Of a stretch of 64,000 nucleotides of DNA, positions 41,643 to 55,013 are shown in pieces (the stretch's first letter is position 1; each line of letters opens with the position of its first letter). This stretch comes from the human T2T-CHM13v2.0 reference genome, Homo sapiens, in NCBI RefSeq assembly GCF_009914755.1, contig NC_060936.1. One strand, written 5' to 3'. The translations under genes and the position numbers were made by a program. The notes under the pieces are model-generated. The model saw only the letters and a list, made by a program, of their open reading frames with translations. It had not been told where the DNA came from and made no database searches.

Positions 41643-44600
41643 CCAGGCCAACAAAGAAAAGAAAAGAAATGATAAAAATTGCTAGTATTAGAAATGAAAG
41701 AGGAGTCATCATTACTGATCTCATGGTCATCAAAAGGAGAATAAAAAGATATTATGAACAACTCTCTCTCCACAGATTTGATAACTTAGATGAAGTGGAC
41801 CAATTTTTTAAAGACACAAGCTACCCAATTCACACAAGGAGGAAAAGATAATCTAAAAGAATCCACATCTCTGAAAGAAATTGAATCAATAATAAACTTC
41901 CAAAACAGAAAGTACCAGGGCCAGACAGTTTTACTAGTAAATTCTACCAAACATTCAAAGAGAGAATACCAATTTTCTATAATATGATCCAGAAAATAGA
42001 AACAGAGGAAATTCTTTCTAACTTATTCTATAAATCTCGCATTACCCTAACAGCAAAACTACATAAAGACATCACAAGAAAGAAAAACTACAGACCAATA
42101 TCCCTCACAAACATATATATAAAAATATTAACAGTCAACTCCAACAATGTATCAAAATAATTATACACCATGAGCAGGTGGGACTTATTACAGGTATGCA
42201 ATGCTGGCTCAACATTAGAAAATCAATTAATGTAGTCCGCCACATAAATAGGCCAAAATAAATTATATGGGCAATTGATAAAGAAAAAGCATTTGACAAA
42301 ATCTAACATATACTTAACAATAAAATCTCTCAGCAACGTAAGATAAGAGGAGGACTTCCTCAACCTGATAAACAACATTTACAAAAAACCCTGAAACTAC
42401 ATAATGCTTGATATTAAGAAACTGGCAGCTGTCCCCCTAAGATCAGGAACAAAGCAACTATATCCCCTCTTACCACCTCTCTTCAACATTGTACTGGAAG
42501 CCCAGCTATGCAATAAGACAAAAAAATTAAAAAGGGACTTAAAAGTTTACATTTGGTATACTGCAGCAGGCCAAGAGCTGTTTCTCAAAGGAGCATAGTT
42601 ATCTTTATTAAGAACACCACCATTTATAATAGCACAAAAATAAATTAAACACTTAGGTATAAATCTAAGAAAACTCACATAGGATCTATATGTAGGAAGC
42701 TACAAAATTCTGATGAAAGATATCAAAGAAGATATAAGCAAATGGAGAGATATTCCATGTTCAAAGATTGGAAGACTCAATATTGTTAAGATGCCTATTC
42801 TTCCCAACTTGATATACAGACTCAACTCAGTCCCAATCAAAAGTCCAGCAAATTATGTTTTGTGGATGTCAACAAACTAATTTGGACTCTAGTTTGTGTG
42901 GGAAGGCAAAAGACCTAGAATTGCCAACACAATACTGAAGAGGAAGCACAAAGTTGGAGGGCTGACATTACTGAGCTTCCAGATCATGTAGTTATATACT
43001 TATAGTTATTATATAGTTAATCAAGCTTATTAGTGGAAAACACAGACACATAGATCAATGTAACAGAACAGAGAGCCAAGAAATATACCCACAAAAACAG
43101 CCAATCAATCTTTGACAAAGGAACAAAGGCAACCAAATGGAGAAAGGATAGCATTTTCAACAAATGGTGCTGGAAAGATTGGACATACTTATGCAAAAAA
43201 AAAAATCTAGACACAGACTACATACCCTTCACAAAAGTAAATGAAAAATGAGTCATAAACTTACATGTAAAGTGAACAATTAAAAATAAATATTTAATAT
43301 TTATTAAAGAAAACAGAAGAATGTAGACCTTGGGTTTAGAGATAAGTTTTTAGACACAACACCAAAAATATGATTCATGAAAAAAAAATTGATAAGTGAA
43401 ACTTTGCTAAAATTAAAAACTTCTGTTTTGCTAAAGACACTGTTAAGAAAATAAAAAGATGAGCCACATACTGAGAGAAAATATTTGCAAAACATCTCTG
43501 ATAAAGAACAGATATGAAAATATATAAAGAACTCTTGATTTTTCAACTTTAATTTTAGGTTTGGGGTACACGTGAAGATTTTTTACATGGGTAAATTGCA
43601 TGTCACTTTGGTTTGGGATACAAATGATTTCATCCTTCAGGTAGTGAGTATAGCGCATAATAGGTGATTTTTTGATCGTCACCCTCCTTCCACTCTCCAT
43701 CCTCAAGTAGGCCCCAGTGTCTATTGTTCCCCTCTTTGTGTGCAGGTGTACTCAACGTTTAGCTCCCACCTACAAGTGAGAACATGTAGTATTTGGTTTT
43801 CTGTTTCTTCATAAGTTTACTTAGGACAATGGCTTCCTGCTCCATCCATGTTGCTGCAAAGGACATGATCTCATTTTTTGTGTGTCTGCATAGCATTCTA
43901 TGCTGTATATGTACCACATTTTCTTTATTTAGTTCACCGTTGATGGTCATCTATGTTGATTCCACCTTTTTTGCTATTGTTTATTGTTATTTTTTGCTAT
44001 TATTTAATGCTACAATAAACTACTATAGCAATCAATAATACTGCTACAATACAATAAATAGGCATGCATTTGTCTTTATAATGAATAATTTATATTCCTT
44101 TGAGCATATACCAGGTAATGGAATTGCTGGGTTGAATGGTAGTTCTGTTTTTAGTTCTTTTGAGAAATCTTCAAACTGCTTTTCCTGGTGGCTGAACTCA
44201 TTTACATTCCCACCAGCAGTATATAAGTGTTCCCTTTTCTCTGTAGCCTCACCAAAATCTGCTGTATTTTGATATTTTAATAATTGCCTTTCTGGCCATT
44301 ATGAGTTGTTGTCTCATTGTGGTTTTTATTTGCATTTCTCTGATTAGTGATGTTGAACATTTTAAAATAGACTTGTTGGCTGTTTTTGTATCAGTGTCAT
44401 GCTGTTTTGGTTACTGTAGCCTTATAGTGTAGTTTGAAGTCAGTAGTTTGATATCTCTGGCTTTGTTCTTTTTGCTTAGGATTGCTTTGGCTATTTGGGC
44501 TCTTTTTTGGTTCTTTATAAATTTTAGAAGATTTTTCTAATTCTGTGGAAAATGACACTAACGGTTTGATAGAAATAGTACTGAATCCGTAAATAGCTAT

Positions 44601-44858
44601 GGGCAATATGGCCATTTTAACAATATTGATTCTTTCTATCCATGAGAGTGGAATGTTTTCCCATTTGTTTGTGTAATGTCTGATTTATTGCAGCAGTGTT
44701 TGGTAATTCTCCTTGTAGACATCTTACACCTCCCTGGCAAGCTGTATTCCTAAGTATTTTTTTCTTTTTGTGGATATTGTAAATGGGATTTTGTTCCTGA
44801 TTTGGCTTTCAGCTTGGATGTTATTGGCATATATAAATGCCAAAATACCCATTTTTGA

Positions 44859-45211
44859 TCATATCCTTTGCAGGGACATGGGTGAAGCTGGAAACCATCA
44901 TCCTCAGCAAACTAACACAGAAACAGAAAACCAAACACTGCATGTTCTTAATCATAAGTGGGAGTTGAACAATGAGAACACACGGATATGGGGAAGGGCA
45001 CATCACACACTGGGGCCTGTCGGGAGGGTTGGGGGAAAGGGGAAGGAGAGCATTAGAACAAATACCTAATGCATGTGGGGCTCAAAACCTAGATGACAGG
45101 TTGACAGGTGCAGCAAGCCACCCTGGCACATATATACCGATGTAACAAACTTGCATGTTCAGTACATGTATCCCAGAACTTAAAGTAAAATAAAATTAAA
45201 AAGAAAGAAAA
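44859..45211 (+). mobile_element. L1PA7/8-like 3'-end fragment nested in the opposite-strand L1
   Basis: cctttgcagggacatgg...ggggctcaaaacctagatgacagg...cccagaacttaaagtaaaa plus A-tail; TSD-like ATAAATGCCA (44833-44842) / AGAAATGCTA (45212-45221). Confidence 0.9.
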
Positions 45212-46245
45212 AGAAATGCTACTCATTGATTTTTATATCCTGAAAGTTTACTGAAGTTGTTTGTCATTTCTAGGAGGCTTCGGGTACAGATTATGGGGTT
45301 TTCAAGGTACAGAATTATATTGTCTGCAAATGGAGATGGTTTGACTTCCTCTCTTCCTATTTGGATGTCTTTTATTTCTTTCTCTTATCTGATTGCTCTT
45401 GCTAGGACTTCCAGGACTATGGTGAATAGGAGTGGTGAGAATGAGTATCCTTGGTTTCTCCCAGTTCTCAAGGGAAATTCTTCCAGCTTTTGCCTGTTCA
45501 GTGTTATGTGGGCTGTGTGTTTGTCATACATGGCTTTTATTTGAGGTATGTTCCTTCAATGCCCAGTTTGCTAAGGGTTTTTAACATGAAGTCATGTTGA
45601 ATTTTATCGAAAGTTTTTTCTACATCTATTGAGATGATCATGGGGTTTTAAATATTAGTTGTTTATGTGATCAGTCACATTTATTGATTTGCATATGTTG
45701 AACCAACCTTGCGTCACAGGAATAAAGTCTACTTGATCATAGTGAATTATCTTTTTGATGCGCTACTGGGTTAGTTTTGATAGTATTTTGTTGATGATTT
45801 TTGTGCCTATGTTTATTTGGGATATTGACCTGAAGTTTTCTTTTTTCATGTGTCTTTGCCAGGTTTTGGTATCAGAGCAATACTGGCTTCATAGAATGAG
45901 TTAGGGAGGAGTCTCTCCTCCTTGATTCCTTGGAATAATTTCAGTAGTATTGTTACCAGCTCTTCTTTATATGTCTGGTAGAATTCAGCTGTGAATCCAT
46001 CTGGTTCAGGGTTTTTTTCTGGTTGGTAGGTTTCTCATTACTGATTCAATTTCAGAACTTGCTATTGGTTTGGATTTCTTTCTTCTTAGTTCAATCTTGG
46101 GAGGTGATATGTTTCCAGGAATTTATCCATTTCTTCTAGTCTTTCTCGTTTGTGTGCACAGAAGTGTTCATAATAGTCTGTGAAGGACTTTTGTATTTAT
46201 GTGGGTTGGTGGTAATATCCGCTTTGTCATTTCTAATTGTGTGTG

Positions 46246-47080
46246 TTTTTTTTAACTTTTATTTTAGGTTCAGGGCTACATGTGCAGGTTTGTTATATAG
46301 GTAAATTGTGTGTTGCAGGGGTTTGGTATACAGATTATTTTGTCATCCAGGTATAGGCATAATTATGCACTTGATAGGTAGTTTTTCAATCCTGTCCCTC
46401 CTCCCAGCCTCCACCCTCAAATAGGTCCAGTGTCTGTTGTTCCCTTCTTTGTGTCCATATGTACTCAAAATTTAGCTCCCACTTATAAAACAGAACATGT
46501 GGTATTTGATATTCTGTGCTAGTTTGCTTAGAATAATGGCCTCCAACTCTATTCGTGTTGCTGCAAAGGACATGATCTTGTTCTTTTTATGGCTGCATAA
46601 TATTCCATGGTGTATATGTATCACATTTTCTTTATCTAGTCCACCGCTGATGGGCATCAAAGTTGACTCCACATCTCTACTGTTGTGAATAGTGCTGTGA
46701 TGAACCTACGTATGCATGTGTCCTTATGGTAGAATAATTTATATTCTTTTGGGTATATACCCAATAATGGGATAGTTGGGTCAAATGATAATTCTGATTT
46801 AATTTATTTGAGAAATCACCAAACTGTTTTCCCCAATGGCTGAACTAATTTACATTTACACCAGCAGTGTAAAAGTGTTCCCTTTTTTCAACAACCTCGC
46901 CAACATTTGTTAATTTTTTGAGTTCTTAATAATAGCCATTCTCGTGTGTGAGATGATATTTCACTGCGGTTTTGATTTGCATTTCTCTAATGGTTAGAGA
47001 TGTTGAGTATTTTTCCACAGGTTCATTGGCCATCTGTATGCCTTCTTCTGAAAAGTGTCTGTTCATACCCTTTGCCCACT
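46246..47080 (-). mobile_element. L1PA13-like 3' fragment nested in the L1PA15/16-like host
   Basis: A second antisense L1 3' end (ttttaggttcagggctacatgtgcagg...) ends at cctttgcccact, after which host ORF2 resumes. Confidence 0.88.
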
Positions 47081-48709
47081 AGGTCAATCTTATTTATTCT
47101 TTCAAATAAACAACTTTTGGACCCGTTGATCTTTTGTATAGATTTTCTTGTCTCAATTTTGTTCAGTTCAACTCTGATTTTTGTTATTTATTTTCTTCTG
47201 TTAGCTTTGGGAGGTGGTTTACTCTTGTTTTACTAGTCCTATGTGTGATGTTAGGGTGTTAATTTGAGATGTTTGTCTTTTTGATGTAGGCATTTAGCTA
47301 TAAACTTTCCTCTAAACATGCTGTAACTATTTCCTAGAGATTCTGGCGTATATCTTTGTTTTCATTAGTTTCAAATAATTTTGTGATTTCTGCTAATTTT
47401 TGTTCTTTACCCAAAAGTCATTCAAGAGCAAACTTTTAAAATGTTCATGTCATTGTATGGTATTGAGAGATCATCCTGATATTGATTGATATTTTTATTG
47501 TGCTGTTGTCTGAGAGTGTGGTTGTTGATTCCAGTTTTTTTAATTTGTTGAGAATTGCTTTATGATCAAGTATGTGGCTGATATTGGAATATGTGGCATG
47601 TGAAGATGAGAAGAATAAGTATTCTGTTGTTGGGTGGACTATTCTGTAGATGTCTGTTAGGTCCATCTGGTCAAGTATCGAGTTTAGGTCTCAAATATCT
47701 ATTAGTTTTCTGCCTCAATGATCTGTCTAATAGCATCTGTGGGTTGTCGAAGTCTCCCAATATTATTGTGTGGTTATCTAAATACCTTCATAGGTCTAAG
47801 AACTTGTTTTATGAATCTAGGTGGTCCAACACTGGGTGCATACATATGTAGGATAATTAAATCTTCTTGTTGATTTGAACCTTTCTTCATATGTAATGCC
47901 TTTCTGTGTCCTTTTTGATCATTGTTGAGTTTTTGGTAGATTTTTCTCCATCCCTTTACTTTGAACCTATGGGTGTCATTGCATGTGAGATGAGTATCTT
48001 GAAGATAACAGACAGTTGGGTCTTGCTTCTTTATCCAACTTGCCACTCTGTCTTTTAAGTGGTGCATTTAGCCTGTTTACATTCAAGGTTAATATTGACA
48101 TGTGAGGATTTGATTCTTCTATTATCTTTTTTAGGTTGGTTGTTATATAGACTATATATAAAAAATAAATATCCTCCCCATGCTCCATGAGCAATAGAAA
48201 ATGGAGCCCACTTTAATGACGATCATCACAATGAAAACAAAGCCTTCAGAAATGGTAAACAACCCTGACCGCTTCCATTTCCTGAAGCTTCTAGATATTT
48301 AAAAAATAAGGATGGATCAAAACAGTACCACAAAAAGTTGTGATAGCTCTCCAGAGAGGTACAATCAGTGAGGACATTTGCCCTGCAGTCCATGGGAGAG
48401 AGTTATGCAAATATTCTTCCTCACAGTTGCCTGACCCTACTGAGGAGCGAAACATCCAATTACCCTCATGGAGGGGAGAAAAGGGAGCATCCCATTTCTG
48501 GAATTCCCTGACTCTGATTACTGGCACTGGTTGTGCTTCCTTTCAACCTACAGCTTGGAAGTGCTGCTTCCCAGTGACCACATTATTTAATTAAGAAGCT
48601 TCCTTTAACTCTAACACTGAGGTGGGCCTTACAGGAAGCAACAAAATATTTCCATAGTTTTTATTTCGTGGCAGTAACCTGACTTTCTATTTTAAAAATA
48701 AAGAAAACC

Positions 48710-49074
<365 letters not shown>

Positions 49075-49140
49075 CTAGTAAAACAACCTAATAATAAGAT
49101 TTTATTTTCCTTTTAGTGATGAAAGTCCCAGGTGTTGTAT

Positions 49141-49292
49141 TGTGTGTGTGTGTGTGTGTGTGTGTGCGTATGATCTTGGACAAGTTACTTAACCTAATTG
49201 TGCCTTGGTTTCCTCTTCTATATAAATGGAATAACAACAATACCTACCTCACAGGGTTATTGTGAGGATTAAATAAGTTAATACATGCAACT
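49141..49292 (+). mobile_element. (TG)13 followed by MIR
   Basis: TG run, then tgatcttggacaagttacttaacc...tacctacctcacagggttattgtgaggattaaa. Confidence 0.8.
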
Positions 49293-50894
49293 AGAGTGGC
49301 TACTATGATACTATCCATGAGAAAAAGAAATCAAGCAATCTACCCAGGGTAATTATGCAAACAAATTTCTAATTATATGTATACTGACTGCCCAAGCCAC
49401 TTAAATCGCCACTCTTTTTGATCTATGCCTTTTGTATTAATAATGACTAATTCTATGTTTTTGAGCCCTCTCTCGAACTTTAAATTTAAATATGCAAATG
49501 CCCACTAAACATATAAACTTAGACTCCACTGGCATTTTATATTTAGTGTATGTAGAACTTTCTGACAGACTTTCCTGATATATTGGTAATTTATTTTAAA
49601 AAATTTCTTATTTCTGTATAAGTGGTGTGAAGTAAGTTTAAATTTTAAACAGTTGTACAGATTAATCCTAAAAATGCCTGGGGGAAGGCAGGTGGGGGTA
49701 ATTAGGAAGTATTTGAAGTAATCTATCAGAAATCAATGCTCCAAAGATGGTTACTAAACATTTGAATTACCATTATCAAAATCTGAGACCCTAGAGTTTG
49801 TAATTATCTTTAAAATATTAGCAATATTTTAATAATAAAATAATTTAAAAATTATTAAGTAAATGAATGTGTTTAAGAAAGGTGACTGGCTAGGAATGTT
49901 CTACAGGCTCCACTACCCTTGCAGGAACACAATGGTTCCATGGTTCAGCGTTCCCCAGCCAACCCCCGACCGCCAGTCCCCAACACAAGCCACCCCTGAC
50001 TCCACAAAGAACCTTGTAACCTAACTCAACCAAAAAGTTGTCTGGCCCTTCATTAACAAAGTCCTGGAATCAGTTCTCACTAGCCTTTACTGCAAGGTGT
50101 TGGTCAGGTGCCTAGTGCAGAGTGTGGCACTGGTTTTGTGCATTTTTACTAATAATTTTTGGGACTTGCTTTCAGGATAACACTCCATCTTGTTACAAAT
50201 TGTAAGGAAAAGGAAGCATAGACCACACCTACTTCTGCCCCATCAGTGGCTACTGTATTTACCAAATAATCTGGCATCTTCTGATCTGCTAAATTAGCTT
50301 TAGAACAGTTTCCGTGAATTTCCTGTCTGATGGTTGGCCCTATGGTTCACCCAGATGCCTAAATCAGACCTGTAGAATTTACCCTAGATTATTTTCTTTT
50401 CTTCACCTCACCCATTCCCATAGTTGACATACTTACAGTCTCTCCAGGGCATCTCTTTGAGTAAATCCTTATTAACTGTACCCTAGTTCAGACCCTCTGT
50501 CTTCTTCCTGGAATACTAAAAATGCTTTCTAACTGTCCCTCCCCCTCATCTTGCTATACCTTCTAACACCTTCCATATTGCAGTCACAATAATATATACA
50601 CAAGTATAACCTTATTCCTATTCCTCTGCCTAAAAGCTTTTGAAAATTTGCATTTTCAACATAGTGAAGTCTGAACACTTTGCTTACATCCATCATTTTT
50701 TCTTCCACCTGGGAAGTCTCTGTCCCTGGTCAGATCTTGCTCCTATGTTCTAGACTTATAGAACCTCATGGTAATTTTCTCTCATTCATCTCTTTATCAT
50801 CAACAGCCAGAGGGTTGCTCAATTCAAATTTGCTAGAAGAAAGAGAAACACAGTAGTTTTCTGAGTAACTACTTAGAATAGAATTCAATACAAT

Positions 50895-51140
50895 AGCTAA
50901 CAATTTTTGAGTACAGTAATTACTATGTGCCAGACACTATTCATAAGCACTCCATATGAATTAATTCATTCACTTCTCAGAACACTATAAGGTAGTATTG
51001 TAACCATTCCATTTTTACAAATGGGAAAACTGAAGCACAGAGAGGTTAAATACCAATGCCACACTGGTTGTAGTTAACAGAACCAGGATTCAAACTGGCA
51101 GTCAGGCCCCAGAGGTGGTATTTCTAACCATTACGCTCTG
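50895..51140 (-). mobile_element. MIR (near full length)
   Basis: tactatgtgccagacac...ccatttttacaaatgggaaaactgaagcacagagaggttaa...ccaggattcaaa. Confidence 0.8.
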
Positions 51141-51329
51141 CAGTCTTTTGCAGCCTTTGGGACAGATGGAATTCATGGTTAACAGAATTTTGAATCAGAC
51201 ACTTCACATCTCTGAACCTGATTCTCATTCAGTAATTGTGCCTGCCTCACAGAGTTCTATGAGAACTACATGAGATGATTCCTTATAGAATCATAGCATT
51301 TTACTCTGTGCTCTGCTTATTATATTGTT

Positions 51330-52115
51330 GCCTTCTACTTCCTCTGCCCTGGCTGTCTCTGCTCTAGTCCCTGGCCTCCTTGCATTTCCTCCAACACACC
51401 TCACAGGCTTGTGCATACCTTAGGACATTTGCATAAGATATTCCCTCCTGTCCTTCCAGATGCCCACATGGCCAGCCCTGTAGCCATCTGTAAACCTTTG
51501 CTTGGATACTGCCTCCTCAGCAAAGCCAAACCTGAGAACTGTATTTAAAATGGCAACACTACCTTCCTTTCCGGCACTACTGAGACTTCTTACCTTGCTC
51601 TGTTTTGCTCATCTTTCCAGGTCATGGGGTCATCTTCTAGCAACTATATAATTTATTTATTATGTGTTGATTGTCTGTCTCCCCTGGCTGGACTGTAAGC
51701 TCCGTATCTGGTTTATTTAGAGATTTAGCCCAACCACCTAAAACAGTGCCTCACATGGAGACGCACTCAACAAATACTAGTTTAATGAATGAAAGCTCTT
51801 TTCCATCACCTATCTTCATACATTTTAGCCCCTTCTTATCCTCCAACTTCAGTTTAGCTTCACTTTTGCAAGGAAACCTCTGACAACCCCACTCCACTCC
51901 TAGCCCAAGACTATGTAGTCCCCTGGTTATTTTTTCTCCTTAGCACTAAGTACAATTTATCAGTGTTTATGTTTGTGAGTACTTGATTAATGTGTTTATC
52001 CAGCAGGTGATAATGTCTGTGAGGATGGGAATTGTTTTGCTCATCATTTTATCCCCAGGCCAAGCACACTGGTGGGTATGTGAAAGGCCTGGAATACAAA
52101 TGGATAATGAATGAT
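51330..52115 (+). mobile_element. L2 3' fragments
   Basis: ctggcctccttgcatttcctccaacacacc...aaacagtgcctcacatggagacgcactcaacaaatac...aatgaatgaa L2 terminus. Confidence 0.7.
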
Positions 52116-52241
52116 TGGAGATAAAGGAATGAGTATCCCCTTATATTCAGCAGGCAGTAAATAGGTAAGGCTCATATGAACTCCACATATGAATATCTTA
52201 GAGTCATGTGATGCTTTAATTTACTTAGCAAGTTTACCTAC

Positions 52242-52718
52242 TATGATGGATAATTTTGTGTGTCAGCTGACTGGGCCACCGTGTACCCAGATAATTGGTC
52301 AGACATCAATATTATCTGGTGTTTCTGTGAGGGTGTCCTTGGATAAGGTTAACATTGACACTAGTAGACTTGGTAAAGCGGATAGCTCTCTCTAATGTGC
52401 ATGGACCTCATCCAATCAGCTAAAGGCTTGAGTAAAATAAAAAGGTTGATTTCCATGAGTAAGAGGGATGGAACTCCTCCTGATTGGCTGTTCTGAGCTG
52501 GGAAATTGGTCTTTTCTTGCCTTCAGACTCAAAATGAAATATTGGCTCTTCCTGGATCTTAAGCCTAGAGCCCATCAGACTAGTACTACACCATAAGCTC
52601 TTCTGGGTCTCCAACTTGCCGACTGGAGAGCTTTGGAATTGACAGCTTCCATTATTGTGTGAACTAATTTCTCTTTCCCCTATTGGTTCTGTTCTTCTGG
52701 AGAACCCTAAATAATACA
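52242..52718 (+). mobile_element. MLT2 (B/C-like) solo LTR, ERVL
   Basis: tatgatggataattttgtgtgtcagctgactggg...cctattggttctgttcttctggagaaccctaaataataca; TSD CCTAC/CCTCC. Confidence 0.88.
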
Positions 52719-54619
52719 CCTCCCTTATTTGGCTTAATTCTCATCACAACTTTGAAGTACAGGAGGGATAGATGGTTTGATATAAAGTCACATATCTTCA
52801 ATGTGGTCAAACCAGAAAGAGAACCCAAGTCAGAAGACTCTAGAAAGTCCTGTTTTAGCGCCCTCTTGCTAACCACTTCGGACATTTAGTAGAATTTTGT
52901 CTAATATTTGCTTTCAGAGTAAAATACCAACTGGTAGCAAGATTGTTGGATGGCTTTGTAAAGTTGTGTACTCTTCAAATGTGCCTAAAGATTTCCTTGG
53001 CATCAGATTCAAGAGCTCCCAAACCAACCCCTCCAGCCCTGTCTCAGTCCTGCCTCCATTTATCATTTTGCCCAAAATCTGCAAGAAGAAGGACAACTAC
53101 TCAATTAATTGCTTCCTAGTCATTGTTGCCTATGGCTAGGAGCTATCAATTAAGAATATAAGTATATACAATTTTAATTTAATGATACATAAAAATACAA
53201 ATCATATTTCAAGAGTCACTGAAGGCACAAGTAAGAAAAAGAAGTATGTGTAACTCCATAATTCAAATTTAACATTGGAAATGTAAAATGTATAATGGAT
53301 TTTAAAACCAAATCTGTTGAACTCTGTTACCTGTGAGACCAACAAAAATCTCACCTCTTTTGTGAAGCCTTAGCAATCTGGTCCCCAAAGAAGCAATTTC
53401 TTTTGACTCTGCATCCTTTTCTCTGTAGAAAAATGTCATTCTCATATCAATTATCATACACAATTGCAATTATTTCTTTACATGTTCTTCTTTCCCCTAG
53501 ACTGAGAGTTTTGCATTTGTTTTGTTTTGCTGAAAGAAGGGCAGTGTTATCCTAGTAGCTCAAGTCTTGAGCATAGTGCCTACCATCTTCTAGTTGCTCT
53601 ATAAAGTTTCATGTGCGCCTCCCAATTTCCCCACCCTCACCAAACCAGACACTCCTCTTTTTTCAAGGAATGTTCAGAGAGAGAAAACAAAAGAATATAT
53701 ATCCATTAGCCAGAATATTTTCTGACATCAAGCTGTCACCACTTTAACCAAAAATAACTAGACATTTGTCACTTTTTTCTAGTTGCCTTGATGGTGTTGG
53801 AGTGAAGGGGACATAGCTCTTTAGACCTTTTATTGGATAAATGAGAGGAGAAAAGTGCTTACCAAGGTGCAACAACCAAAGCTTATGCTAAAAACTTAAG
53901 CTAATGTTGTTCAGGAAGAAAAAATTTCTGATGAATTTCTGCTGCTTAATTCACACACAGAGAAATAAAGAACAGCAGCCACTCTACTTAGCAAGCGGTT
54001 CCTCCAGCAACAGGATTTACACCTGGACATAAACATGTTCACTCAAGTTGGGATGAACATTTCCTAAGGCAAACACTTTTTGAAAAATTGTAAAGCTAAT
54101 GATCTTGCACTGACAGCATAACCTTGAGCTTGTTGCCAAATAGAACGCCAAGAGTAAACATTTAATGAAAGGAAAAAAAGCTGCAGTAATGATCCTTCTT
54201 GTGACCCCAAGCTCAGTGACTCCAAGTGTTTTTGAAAAGTTCAGTGAAGACATTTTTCTATTTGCTGGTACTTTTTCATACAGTTTTATGTATTTTATGA
54301 TCTAACTTCATATGGATGAGATGCATTTCATCAATTAGAGCAAGATGCAACAATTGCACCTCTTCCTCTAATTTCTTATCCCCAGAAGAGGAAATAATCA
54401 GCCCTGAACTTTAGTAGGGGTCAGTCATTATTTTGAAATATTGGTAAGGGCCGTAGGTAAAAATCCTTAAGGCTTATTCTGTGGATAGGGGACATCTGTG
54501 TAATTTATCATATGTGGGGGTGGGGAACTGCAGCCATGTGTTGGTTGATGAGAACACAATAAACTTCTCATTTTTTAAAATCCCAGTAAATAAACCTCTC
54601 TATTAATTGGAGAATGGCC

Positions 54620-54835
54620 TTGTGAAAGAAACACAGGACATAGAATAAAAGCGCTTGGGTATCAATCCTGTTATCCAACCTCAAAAAAGTTAAATTATCA
54701 CTCTGAACTTCCAATTACCTTATCTCAAAAAAAAGATGGATGGTAATTTAGGGTTATATGATTGTTATAAGGATAAAATGGGATAATATATGTGTAACTG
54801 GCTGGTACAGTGCCTGGAACAAAGGGCTCAATATA
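54620..54835 (+). mobile_element. MIR remnant
   Basis: ttgttataaggataaaatgggataatatatgtg...tacagtgcctggaac. Confidence 0.55.
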
Positions 54836-55013
54836 TATTATTAGGTAAATATGAACTAATAGAAAGTATCTATACTTTAAATTAAATATATCTATATTGT
54901 ACTATTTTTTTCTATATTTTTGCCCCCTCAAAATCCAATTTCTCCCTCACATCACATTTTTAAAATCCAATTTCCCCAAAATCCAATTTCCCCCAATCCA
55001 ATTTCTCCCTCAC

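Larger units (their letters stand above)
38090..43535 (+). mobile_element. Old L1M element (5'UTR, ORF1, ORF2 remnant), 3' part missing
   Basis: ORF1-like MKNDFDGLINRL...RISGLE; EN-like IAILISDKLDF...DKEGHYIIIKG...NVYAVNNRAS (ORF 40364-40720); RT-region NYRPISL-coding and IPCSKIGRLNIVKM-coding segments; many disruptions. Confidence 0.9.
43538..48150 (-). mobile_element. L1PA15/16-like element (3'UTR plus most of ORF2, internally deleted), host to two further L1s
   Basis: Antisense 3' end ttttaggtttggggtacacgtg...; minus-strand ORF2 peptides [64 protein letters not shown]. Confidence 0.9.

Noticed and set aside
39280-43500. Intact or active L1, or domesticated RT
   Set aside because: ORF1 and ORF2 are fragmented by stops, frameshifts and LTR insertions, and the RT catalytic motif is lost.
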